In this document: piece by piece, positions 11,849 to 22,676 of the stretch | Layout of the letters: each line of letters begins with the position of its first letter | Position numbering within the stretch: position 1 is the first letter of the stretch | Source: Schizochytrium sp. TIO01 | Lineage: Eukaryota; Protista; Bigyra: Labyrinthulomycetes | Assembly (NCBI GenBank): GCA_004764695.1 | Contig: SMSO01000032.1 | Coordinates: 2,418,001 to 2,482,000 of the forward strand | Length of the DNA stretch: 64,000 bases | Direction: 5' to 3' | Made by a program: the position numbers and the translations under genes | The notes under the pieces: generated by a model | The model's input: only the letters and a program-made list of their open reading frames with translations | What the model was told of the DNA's origin: nothing | Database searches by the model: none

Positions 11849-14452
11849 ATGATTGGTCTCCCTCACGATTTACTTTGTCTCCCTCAACCTGACGATACCT
11901 TGAAGGAGTTTTACTACAACGCAGACGCTTTTTGCGTCACTTCCTCCCCAACTCCGCGCGACGACGGCACATCCCTGTTTTTCTATATCCACGAAGCTAT
12001 CAACTTTGTTTTGTGTCACCAGTTTAAGTTGCTCGACACAGCGCAAGAAATTATCGACCTAGACGGGGTTGTGAATTGGTTGTCCAACCTCAACCAAGTG
12101 CCTGATAATTACAGCATCAAGGCGCTTATCAAGATCATCGTCAAACTTGGGAGCCTCAAGCCTCGCAAGGTCCGTTCATACGACGTACAAGTTATCATGG
12201 AGAATGCACTCCACGAGAACAAGATTTTCGCAAACACGGACATTCTTGATGTGCATCAGGATCTCCCCAAGCTCGTTGCCAAACGTTACTTTAGCAGGGA
12301 GGATCCTGAGCTGATGAGAGAAGTCGAATTGGATGAAGTGTTTCCACTCAACACTGAGATTGCCCCTGCGAACAGGGATCCGGAGTCCGGGTCTTATAGA
12401 TTCGAGTTTGTACACTCAGATACGTCCGAACACGTTTTTCGGACTGTGGAAAACATGATGAGACTAGCGTTTCAATCGGGCGTCAACATGCAAAGTGTGT
12501 GTATTCCGCTCATCAAGGGCCCCAGTGGTTGTGGTAAGACGCGTATGGGGGCGGAGGCGGTAACACATGGTGTGAACTACTTGTTGCGGATGAACCCCCC
12601 CAAAAATAGTGAAAGGGTGTTCGTCGAAATGCTCAATAGGCCCGAACTTGACTCGTCCCTTTACTGTGATACAGATACCTCAGGCGTGTCCCGAATTAAC
12701 TCTCTAGGTTACCTTGTAGCGATTCTAGCATTTGCGCTGCGCCGCCAGTCAGACCATCCCAGCGACACACTTCTTATCCGCTTGATGAAGGGCTACAATA
12801 ACTTTTCCTTCGACAATTTCAACGTCAGGCTCCGTCAGATCCTGAAAGTACCCGTTCTCTTTCTCCATTTGGATGAATATCGTGACGATCTTGTTGGTAC
12901 CAATGCATTGATCAACCTATGTGCCGAGACTCTGCGTTATGGGCCATCGGATGACGTCGTGAGGATCTTCCCCATCATCACGGGCATGACTTCCTATATA
13001 GACGGGGACGCCGTTTCTGACGCCTTCAGAAGGACCAGTCGAAGGACAAGTAGATTGCCCCATGTTATGTTATTCCACCTAAAGGGACTTGGTGAGTTTC
13101 CTGCATGTGTCGAAAACCTGGAAAGTCAATTTTTACAATACCTTGTACAAGATGTCGAAGGGCGGCCTGCACGTGCTAATGGACTTGCATGGGTTAGGCA
13201 ACGTGAAGGCAATCGCGATTGGCCCAATTTACGACCTTTCCTGAATGACATCGATGGATACCCTCGATTTTATGAATTCGCATTGAGGTCGATCTCCGAT
13301 TCAGACAAAAAGGATCTACTTCTGACGTACGCCGAGAGTGACAAAATACTGGCGATTCACCAACGCCTCTTACGTAGCATGGGTTATTTTTTTTCCCAAG
13401 ACACATGGGCGTCCCAAGTGACAAACTACATTTGCCTAGACTCTGACCTTGTTCTTGAAGAGTGTGTTTATTTTGCAATCCAACAAGCAACAATCGCATC
13501 TTTACAAATGCTATTGATCTTGGCCATCACGGAGGTCAAAGTACCTGGTACATGGACGTTTGGGGAGATTGATACGCAATGGACCGGGAAGGTTTCTCTA
13601 CCACTGGCACTTCTGCAAGGATCTCACTCAGGGCTTTATCAAGTGATAGGGTTCCCGGAAAGTTCCCGCCCAATTGGCGTGGAAATGCCACCCCTGGTCA
13701 TTGCTGCGTTGAACAAGAGTGCACCAATCGTAAATGATGATACACTCACATGCATTCCCCGCCATGACCCCGTCATTGAGTGTATGGAAGCTTTGCGTGT
13801 GCGCTTGGTCGCACGAAGCTACGCCACTGGAAAAACTGCCGTGTCCTTGAATACGCTGCGGGAGGTATTCCACGAAAGCTACATTGTCCACGCATACCGT
13901 GAGGAGGCCCAGCGTAGCGTGAAGGACGTGACTCTTTCATCCAAGGATTGCTTTACGAAGCGCCTCGTGATTAAGAATGATTTCGAGGAGGAAGAAGCCA
14001 ACGTGGATAACCTGCCTACATTTATTGCCACCACCATACCCCATCCCCAAGTCAATGGTGTGGCTTTGATTTCCAACGAAGGCATCGAATCACGCTCGAC
14101 CCATCCAATAATGGTTGGTGAAGAGGGGTTCGTGTTGGTGGTGACGGTGGTGGTCGAGTCCAACGAGACTGAAGGGCACCTGGCCAGACGGATCATCGGC
14201 TTTCTCAGCGACACGGCTTACACGGACTCCCTTACGTCGAAAGGACTGGATTGGCAATATGTGATTGATCTCGTCGCCATCGACTCCACTGACCAAGCAC
14301 CCAAGTTTGCCATCGACTCTGACTTCGAGAAAAACGTCATGGAAATTGTCGAAGAGCAATGTGAAGGATGCTTGGGTGTGGCCAAGACGATCATCACCCC
14401 TGGCCTAGGACAATTCCCAAACGCATATCGTTGCAACTACAGCAATAATTAA
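11849..14452 (+). CDS. Crinkler/RHS-type (CR) P-loop NTPase-domain protein; true 5' end uncertain
   Basis: Long intact ORF with Walker A LIKGPSGCGKTR, Walker B LFLHLDEY, strand IFPIITG and DIDGYPRFYE (GxPR). This spacing is typical of CR-NTPases. A possible intron upstream (GTGAGT near 11766, CTAAC near 11843) makes the start uncertain. Confidence 0.7.
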   Translation: MIGLPHDLLCLPQPDDTLKEFYYNADAFCVTSSPTPRDDGTSLFFYIHEAINFVLCHQFKLLDTAQEIIDLDGVVNWLSNLNQVPDNYSIKALIKIIVKLGSLKPRKVRSYDVQVIMENALHENKIFANTDILDVHQDLPKLVAKRYFSREDPELMREVELDEVFPLNTEIAPANRDPESGSYRFEFVHSDTSEHVFRTVENMMRLAFQSGVNMQSVCIPLIKGPSGCGKTRMGAEAVTHGVNYLLRMNPPKNSERVFVEMLNRPELDSSLYCDTDTSGVSRINSLGYLVAILAFALRRQSDHPSDTLLIRLMKGYNNFSFDNFNVRLRQILKVPVLFLHLDEYRDDLVGTNALINLCAETLRYGPSDDVVRIFPIITGMTSYIDGDAVSDAFRRTSRRTSRLPHVMLFHLKGLGEFPACVENLESQFLQYLVQDVEGRPARANGLAWVRQREGNRDWPNLRPFLNDIDGYPRFYEFALRSISDSDKKDLLLTYAESDKILAIHQRLLRSMGYFFSQDTWASQVTNYICLDSDLVLEECVYFAIQQATIASLQMLLILAITEVKVPGTWTFGEIDTQWTGKVSLPLALLQGSHSGLYQVIGFPESSRPIGVEMPPLVIAALNKSAPIVNDDTLTCIPRHDPVIECMEALRVRLVARSYATGKTAVSLNTLREVFHESYIVHAYREEAQRSVKDVTLSSKDCFTKRLVIKNDFEEEEANVDNLPTFIATTIPHPQVNGVALISNEGIESRSTHPIMVGEEGFVLVVTVVVESNETEGHLARRIIGFLSDTAYTDSLTSKGLDWQYVIDLVAIDSTDQAPKFAIDSDFEKNVMEIVEEQCEGCLGVAKTIITPGLGQFPNAYRCNYSNN

Positions 14453-14769
14453 GATTTTTTAATTTAAAAGCTGTAGTGCCCTACTGTAAATTGATTTTTG
14501 TTTTGTTTTAACTACTATTAATCAAAAGATAAATGACCTTCTTGAAGCTGAAAGGGGTGAATTAAGGGATGAGTCAACTCCGGCACGAGCAAGCATAGAT
14601 GTAGATTATAGTTTTCAATTCAATATGATATGGGAGAATCTCTTGATGAATATCTATGGGACTTTGATTTAAATACAGCATTAGCAGCTGATGCAGCATC
14701 AGAGGTTGCTGCAACATCAGGGGCGTCAACATCAGCGGCGGCATCAGCATCAGCACCAGCATCAGTATC

Positions 14770-16473
14770 AGTAGTACTAGAATCAACATCAGGTCATGGA
14801 TACAACGCAATCACTTCCTCGCCAGAGCAGCATCTAAGCGAGCTTCTTTGAGCGTACTCCCCAGCTCAGAAGCAACAAAGGACACTGCAATCGTCAATTC
14901 TGGGTTGCCATTGCGAAGCAGCTTTGGAGCTGTCACGAAGTACACCCTTGTTAAGGAACTCGGCCATCGCAACTGCAGCATCAGTGCAAAACGAGGAAGA
15001 GCTCGTCTAAGTCAAACGGGCAATAGAAACTTTGAAAGAACCATGACATCCAATGCATCAGAAGATGACCGCCTTCGTGGGTCGCTGAAGGGGTTTGTGT
15101 GGGCGAGGCACTAGCAATGCCTGTGCACTGGTTTTACACGCCATCGATTCTGAAGAAGGAGTATGGCTCAGTGGACAAAATGATGGCACCCAAGAAAACT
15201 CATGAGGAATCGTTTATGACGAGTATGGTATACAAGGGTAACATTGACATTTTATTTGACAAATCGGGGTTTTATGAGGGATACGATGAAGACAGCATTA
15301 AGACCATGAGTCAGGAAGAACGCGAAGCACTCTCTGCGGATGTAGGGATTTTTGTAAATTCTGAGGCTGACCAACGCCCACATTATCACTTGAGCCTGAA
15401 GAAGGGGCAGAACACTGCCAACATGTGCGTTGCGCGTCTTCTAATGCGTTATCTTGCTCGAACTAATGAACAAGGTGCAGACAGATACGACCCACGCGAG
15501 TTCCTCGAAGAGTTCCGCACATATATGACCACTGACCCCCGAAAGCATCCCGATGATGTGGGTCAAATCAAAGCCCACAATGACGCATACCTGGATGTTT
15601 ATGTGCGCGAATTTTTCAACAATGCTTCCAAGGGCCTGTCTCTGACTGTATGTGCATACGATCAACGCGACCGCTGGTCAATCGGTAGCTTGGATGGACT
15701 TGTGATGACGGTTCCTTTAATCGCGGCCTACCGCGAGGAACCCGAGGCAATTCTTGTGGGGCGTGCAATTGAGCACCAAATGTTGACACATCGATCAGTG
15801 ACAATTTCCGCTGTGGTGGCTGTGCTTGTACCGCTTTTACAGCAGTTGTGGCGTGGAGAGGATGCTGAAAAGGCACTAGATGCAGCAATGGAGAAACTTC
15901 GCCCACCGCTTATCACAGGACCTGAGATGCTTGAGACGTATAAAAGTCATAATGGACCAGACAACATTCCCGCATGGGAGAAATGGGACCAGCACATGAC
16001 TTTTGAGCCCGGTGTGACCTTGCGCGAAGTAGTGCACAAGTTCATTGATGAGGGACATAGCTTCGAGGACGTTGCAGGGTTCCACGAAGGCGAGGGTAGG
16101 TTCTCCACGACATGCTACTGCGAACACGCCATGGCAATTGTGTTGTACTTTGCCGTCAAGTTTGGAGAAGATCTTGCTGGAGCCTTACAAGCGAATGCAG
16201 AGATTGGTGGTCATTCTACGGCAAGGGGGGCCATCTTGGGTGCAATTATTGGTGCTCGGGTTGGCAACAAAGGAGTTCCTGAGACATGGTATTCTGAGCT
16301 TGCTGCACCAGATCAAGTCAACTCCGAAATCGATGCTTTGATTGCTGCAAGCAATGCTCGAAGATCAGCGATCAAACATCGTGCATGAAGAGACTCTTGA
16401 AAAATCAAGCGTTCAGATGCTCAGAGGTTTAGTCTTCGTGTGGACTCATAACCTTTGCTTTCTCAAATCATTC
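14770..16473 (+). repeat. ~1.7-kb direct repeat, copy B
   Basis: Near-identical to 7668-9372; offset is 7102 before and 7101 after the indel. Confidence 0.95.
15043..16388 (+). pseudogene. ADP-ribosylglycohydrolase copy 3, frameshifted (or carrying a sequencing error)
   Basis: GGG TTT GTT GTG GGC in copy 2 reads GGG TTT GT GTG GGC here (one T lost near 15098), giving MTSNAS...GFVWARH* and a separate downstream frame. The upstream ATG of copy 2 is also missing. Confidence 0.75.
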
Positions 16474-19400
16474 GAGTTTGCAGAAATGGATAGGCGTGCT
16501 GACTGACCTTGTGCTAGTTTTGCTTTGCATAAGTAAACTATATTGATATTTGGGTCCTACATGCCCCAGGTTTTATAAGTAGAGTCCTGGCTGCTGTTGA
16601 TTGTTGCACAGGTAAACAGATACATAACGAGGCAATAATCTTGCCGGTGGTATCAGCGGCACTAGAGCCACGGTCATTTAAGCCGACGTATCTTGATCTC
16701 GCCGGACCTACGTATGTCTTTCTGGCAGCCACCAGAGATCGCTTCTGAAACTTAGCTTTCTTAGTTTTTCTAAAGGGTATATTAAAAAATTTTTAAGAAC
16801 CAAGCGAAAAAACTTCCTATCGATAAGTTGCTTTTTCCTGAAATTACTGTAGCTACTTTGGAGACCTTGTGAAAGACGTATCGCCGCCACTGCTCAAGGT
16901 CATGCGGAGAATCGTCTCTTAAATTATCAGTGAGTCTGCAAAGTCCGACGGCCTGACTAACTTTCAGCTGTGTCTTCTTGTTTCTTAGCTTGCCCTTACC
17001 CAGGTGCTCACTCTCTGGTCTGTGAACTATTGTAGGTTCCTTTCAAGCCATATTCACACGTGAATGATCAGTTTTCAGTGGATGGTGCTCTTTCACGAGT
17101 CCAAGAGCCCACAATCGTAAACCGTCCCATCTGCTGTATCCCCAAACTCGTGGCTCGGACGATGCGAAGCGACGCAGCCTTAATTATTCTGCAAAATAAA
17201 CACCCGCGTGATCGGGCTCGACCACAGGCCAGAGGGCGGCCAGTGCGGCTCCAGACGGTCAGCTGTAGCCAGAACTGAGTATGCTTTCGGTCGCGCGCTT
17301 CGGAGTTTTGGTGGTGTTACGATGTTCTCAGTTCGAAAGAAAGGGGAAATAAATGCCTTCTGAAACCATAATACATTTTATAGAAAATGAAAAAAAATAA
17401 AGAAAGTGAAAAATAATGAGAAGTTATGGAAAACAACTACAAATGAAAAATTGCTTCGAAGTCAATAAATAAGTATGGTGTCTAGATAGAATTAAACCAT
17501 GAACGCCGCACTCGCTGATGGACTGTCCTGCCCTGCACAATGATCCTCGGCGAAGTTGAGTTTGCTCGACGCCGAGCTTGAATCGCCGGGCTAGGTCAGC
17601 ATCCTGGTAGTAAGTAGCAGCAGGTGCAAGCGAAGAAGGTATCCACCGCATCGTTGTAGCTAAAACCTTTATATTTTATATATAGTGTACACTATGAAAT
17701 TAATCTTTTTCTCTTGTCTGATTTGTTTATTCGTATTTATTATTTAGAATAAGTGAACTAAATTAAAACTAGATTTTTAGGAAGGCCTGATATTAGGACA
17801 ATGAGAGAGCTTTTCTCGGGTCAGGTGAGACTTAGGGAACGTACAAAACACCGAGCGCGCTCATCAGCTTGAAGATGTGAAAACCAAAGAATGGGGATGA
17901 AGTCCTTCCAAAGTCGTCGACTCAACGCAGCTCAGATGAGCCATGGATGAGACACCGAAACAGTGTGCAACAGCGAAACAAAGGGCGATCCAGGTTTACG
18001 TATTGGCTGAGTGCGTGAATAAATAAATGAGTGATTGACTGACTGGATGAAAATTTACCTATGCGAGCATCTTCTCATGCGAGTTTTTATTTTCCTCCAC
18101 ACAATTATGAGATTAGTAAAAGCTAAATTTTAAAATTTTAATTAAAACAAAAGTCGCTTTGAACAGAAACAGCTCAGCTCAGCAGCTCAGCTGGCCGGAC
18201 AGATACGATAGAGACAAACTTGAGAGCTCAAGCTCATCGACGCTTTAGCAAACGCAACGCACATATTCTCGGGCTAATCGAGCTCGAGTTCTTCAGGGTG
18301 GATGGCATGGCCTTCTTTTTAAACGAAACCTTGCTTCTTGCATCATGACTTAGCGTTTCTTTCAGGATACGATGATTTTCACGATCTAAGTCACCTTCGC
18401 TTACTTATAAAACCAAGCAGGCTCGGTGACATCCGAGAGGTTATTAAACCATGCGGCCCAGCACTACGAGGCCTTTCGTAACCATGGGACGAACAAGCTT
18501 CAGCTGGTCCGGTCTCTGCGGCGGCTGTCTCTTCGGAATTTTGTCGTCTCGACTCTGAAGTTTCCATCTCAGTTTCCGAGTTCTGGAATATCCAGCTTTA
18601 TGAACTCGGTACTCGTGTCACTCCTCTGAGCGGCTTGCTGTGCAGGCAGGCAATGCGCACAGTTGGCGTGGGCTTTGACAGCATCTCTGCCACCTCTTCT
18701 GGTCCGTAGATTTCCTTATGCATCAATGCTTATGCTTTCGCTCATTTCGTATACTTTTGTCTGCTTCATAGCGATACAACAGATGATACGCACAGCATTG
18801 ACTATGCCCGACATTGACGGCCTTGCAAACGAATGCCATTCTGGAGGCTATTACAGCAATGGCTGTCTATTACACTCTTCGCGGGATTCGAATAATAAGG
18901 TCACCAAGGAATTAAATATAGCATAGATTCCGCCGCTGTGCAGCTAAGTTGGCGCAAAACTCTGGTTGAATATCATGACATTCACAGGATGGGATGTTCT
19001 GTAATAATTCTTCTTCTTCTTCTTCTTTTATAATTCCATTCATGAATGAGTCAAAGCAAAAAATTAAAAACGGAAACCTTCTTGAACAACAGCAACAGCA
19101 ACAAGTTGAACAAAGCAGCGAAAAAGAAGGCTTATGCGTTTATTTTTTAGAACGAGCACTCCTTTTCTCCGCATCAGCCGTTGGCACCGCCTTCCGATCC
19201 GCACCTTCTTCCATTCTTATGGACGCTTCGACTTCTTGAACCTCTTCAGCTCCTTGTCGCCTGTGATGATAGCTCTGCCTTTCGTGTTCACAACACCCTT
19301 AGGTAGTAGCACCTTCTTCAAAGTACTTCCTTGCGCCTACCGTCTACAGACCATAGGTTAGATTTATTTGTTCCTATGATGTAATGACAGAATGCTTTGC

Positions 19401-21383
19401 TTTGGGTTTGAGGATCTTAAGGAGTTAGTTGCCTCTGACTAGCCAGCTAGTTAGTGACAGTGTCGCTGAGGGGTGGGACTCATTGCCATCGTCGCAAGTC
19501 TCGTAATACTGAGAAGTAAAAGAAAGCTGGGCAGTATTAAAGGATTTTCGCCTGCGTGGCGATATTTGTTGAGGATGAAGCGATCGCGTTGCGATGGTCT
19601 ATGTTGGGGCAACTTTCTGGTGAGCTTGTTTGCACAAGAGTCGCCGGTCTTGAGCTTCGGGTGGGCGAAGATTCGCCTTCTCGGCACCGTCGCCCGGAGT
19701 TAAGTTCTCGATCCAGAGAAGAGCAGACGAAATCGACAGCGTGAACGAGTGTGTGTCCCTCGTCAGCCATCGCCTTCCCGCCAACAAAGGTTGATATGAT
19801 ATTAAAAATCTGAACTTGGTCTTCAGCCTGCGTCTGGGAAACCTGACTATGCAATCAGTACAATGATGGTGTGGAGCAGCAATTTCGACAAGAAACGAAT
19901 GGCGAATCCGCAAGGTGCGATGCACTCACTTTCTCCAAGCCCTTCGGTCGTGCTCAAGCGCTCTTAAACTCACTTAAGTACTCCATTAAAGGCAACAGGT
20001 GCACTGTTTATGTTTACCATTGTGGTGGCACAAGCAATTAATTACAAGTCCAACGCCACGCACAGAAGCACACTACAGAGCGACTTTGAAGACGATTACC
20101 TGCATTGCATGCGTGGGTGAACCAAACGATTAAGACACGAGCTGCAGGTTCTGGACGCCCAAGAGCACCTATCGTACGCACACACATACACAGTCAATAA
20201 ACAAACCATCGCATGCACTCCAAGTTGTCAATTCCTCAAGAAAGCTGTTCTTGAGATTGTTTCGACTCTCGTTGAGCACTCCTTCAAGATCGTCTCTGCT
20301 CCTTGCATACGAGCCCTCCGTCTCGCCGACCCTCTGGAAACTGTTGACGCAAGATGTAGTGGAGTCGACAACCCTGAAACCTTCAGCGCTCCTTGGTCGA
20401 ACGAAGGTGGAGTAGGCCAACAAGGAACGCAGTGGCTGGGAGATCTTAAGCTTTCACTCCTTGAAACACTACGAACTTGGATCTGTAGGAGAGATGATCG
20501 AAGAAGAAACTGTATTTGGCAAATCTTTTTAGTCTTTGCAATGGAATGAAAAGATATCCTTCGATTTCTTCATATGTTCCATTCCAGTTCCTCCTCCACA
20601 GTTCCTTTTGGAAATGTAAAAGCACATATAAAATAAATATACAAAACATGTTTTTTAAATTAAAAAAGTTGTAAATTACAAAGTTTAGAGCATGATCGAA
20701 AAAAAAAATACATTTCTTGTGCTTCTTAGTTTTCAAGATCTTGTGCGGAATCGGGAGTCCGCGGCCTTCTCTCGATGACGACGTCAACCTCTGACCGCAG
20801 CCATAGCCAGCCTCTGCTCGCACCGACGCCGCCAATCCCTGCACCGTCGTCCAACAGTTTCCAGCCGGCCTGCTGGCTGGCCAGATAGTTCGTCGAGACA
20901 GTCGGAGACTTGCACTCGGCATTTGCGATGGCATTGAACTTTGCAATGACTTCAAAGGCCTTTACCCCGAACGGTACACTCCGAGCCCCAAGACCGGCAA
21001 CTACTGGACCTGAAGCGCCTAGCACTTGCGCTGAGGTGGCGCAAAGTGTAGAAACACGCAGTGACGCGTGTTGAGTGTGCTGTGGAGGACCCCAAAGCTG
21101 CTCGAAGAAGCAAACCATATATATTTTCTTAAAGAGGCAGGCCAGATCAGCACCTTGAAAAGTAAAAACCACAACAGCGAGAACAAGGACAGCGACACCA
21201 AGCGCCTGCCGAAGTGGCAAAGCAAAACCCGAACCCGAAGAGCGAACCAAAAGCCCAAACAAGAATCCTCAAGCAGTAGCAACAGCAGCAGAAGCAGCTT
21301 TGCGAGAAGCAAAACCCGAACACTCAAACTTGAGCTCGCCGTTCACCTCGCAAGTTTTCTTGTCCAATTCTAAAAGACCAACA

Positions 21384-22676
21384 ATGGGTGTTGACAACAA
21401 CGAGCCGCAATGCATTCTCGAGGCCGACTCTCAGCCTAAGGTGCCTCACCTTGCCATCATTGGAGCTGGTTTTGGTGGCATCACCGTATGCCAGAACCTC
21501 CTTGATGAGATTGAAAACAACCGCGTCAAGATCACCATCATCGACCACCGCACCACCTTCATGATCAAGGCATGCCTTCAGTTTGTCCTCAACAACCGCA
21601 AGACCCTCGAGGACATCACGCAAGACCTCAATGATGCCATCATCAGCCCCAAGATCCGCCGCTGCTACGGCTACTGGGTCACCAAGATCGATGTCGAGAA
21701 CAAGTCCCTCCGCATGGTCATGGACGACCAGGAGGAGACCCTCAATTTCGATTACCTCGTCATTGCCACTGGTGTGGTCAGCGATCCCACTAGCATTCCG
21801 GGTCTCAAGGAGTCCATGCTCGACTTCTGCAACCCCGAGAACACCCACGCCATCCGTGACGCCATCGAGGGTCTCCCCGAGAACGGTACCGTTTGCATCT
21901 GCACTACCTCCGTGCCTTACAAGTGCCCCCCTGCACCCTTTGAGTACGCATTCCTTATCGACGACATGCTCCGCAAGCGTGGTATTCGCGATACCTGCAA
22001 GATCATCATGACCACCCCGAAGGGACCATTCCCCTTTGGCGGCCCAGACGCCAAGAAGGTGTTCCTCGCGGCAGTTGAGTCCAAGGGCATCGAGTTCCGC
22101 GCTGGCATCAAGCCTAACAAGATCTGTCCTAAGGACAAGAAGGTCTTCTTTGAGACCACTGACACTGAAGAGCCTGAGAACTCTGAGCTCGAGTACGATG
22201 TTCTCGTTGGAACCTACCCTCAGCGTGCCCCGGATGTCGTTCTCGACACTGGAATGTGTAATGCCAAGGGCTTTGTACCCGTCGATCTTATCACAATGGA
22301 GACTAAGAAGGAGTGCGTCTTCTGCATCGGAGACTCCAACTGGATGATGCTTCCGGGTAACAAGCCTCACCCCAAGTCTGGTGCCTTCGCCATGGTTGCT
22401 GGCGAGAACGCTGCTGCCATGCTCAAGGGCCTCCTGGCCGGCGAGGACGAGGAAACTGCTCGTAGCAATGTCAGCAAGCGTCGCGTCGCTCGCTGCTACG
22501 CTGAGACTAGCGATGACCAGGCCATCATGTTTGAGCCCAAGCTCTTCGATGATGAGGATGGTCCCAGTGGCTTCCTTGCTCACGGACCGCTCCCTGAGCA
22601 CAGTATGTCCAAGGTTGACTGGATTGGTGGCATCCAGAGGCAATTCTTTGGTGAGACCAACTTTGTTTGTCCTTAA
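21384..22676 (+). CDS. sqr: FAD-dependent sulfide:quinone oxidoreductase-like flavoprotein, copy 1
   Basis: IIGAGFGG Rossmann motif, FDYLVIATG, LDFCNPE, YKCPPAPFEY, VFCIGD, PKSGAFA, ARCYAE. Intronless with strong C-ending codon bias. Confidence 0.8.
   Translation: MGVDNNEPQCILEADSQPKVPHLAIIGAGFGGITVCQNLLDEIENNRVKITIIDHRTTFMIKACLQFVLNNRKTLEDITQDLNDAIISPKIRRCYGYWVTKIDVENKSLRMVMDDQEETLNFDYLVIATGVVSDPTSIPGLKESMLDFCNPENTHAIRDAIEGLPENGTVCICTTSVPYKCPPAPFEYAFLIDDMLRKRGIRDTCKIIMTTPKGPFPFGGPDAKKVFLAAVESKGIEFRAGIKPNKICPKDKKVFFETTDTEEPENSELEYDVLVGTYPQRAPDVVLDTGMCNAKGFVPVDLITMETKKECVFCIGDSNWMMLPGNKPHPKSGAFAMVAGENAAAMLKGLLAGEDEETARSNVSKRRVARCYAETSDDQAIMFEPKLFDDEDGPSGFLAHGPLPEHSMSKVDWIGGIQRQFFGETNFVCP

Larger units (their letters stand above)
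9373..14769 (+). mobile_element. Putative inserted/mobile segment between the direct repeats, carrying a decayed Ulp1-bearing ORF and a CR-type NTPase ORF
   Basis: Bounded exactly by the two repeat copies, and both cargo families are transposon-associated. No TIRs, LTRs or recognisable transposase catalytic motif were seen. Confidence 0.45.

Noticed and set aside
7668-16473. LTR retrotransposon interpretation of the direct repeats
   Set aside because: The repeats are a protein-coding ARH gene, lack TG...CA ends, and no gag, RT or integrase lies between them.
21324-22643. 439-aa antisense ORF over SQR copy 1
   Set aside because: Shadow frame caused by strong codon bias on the sense strand; no motifs.
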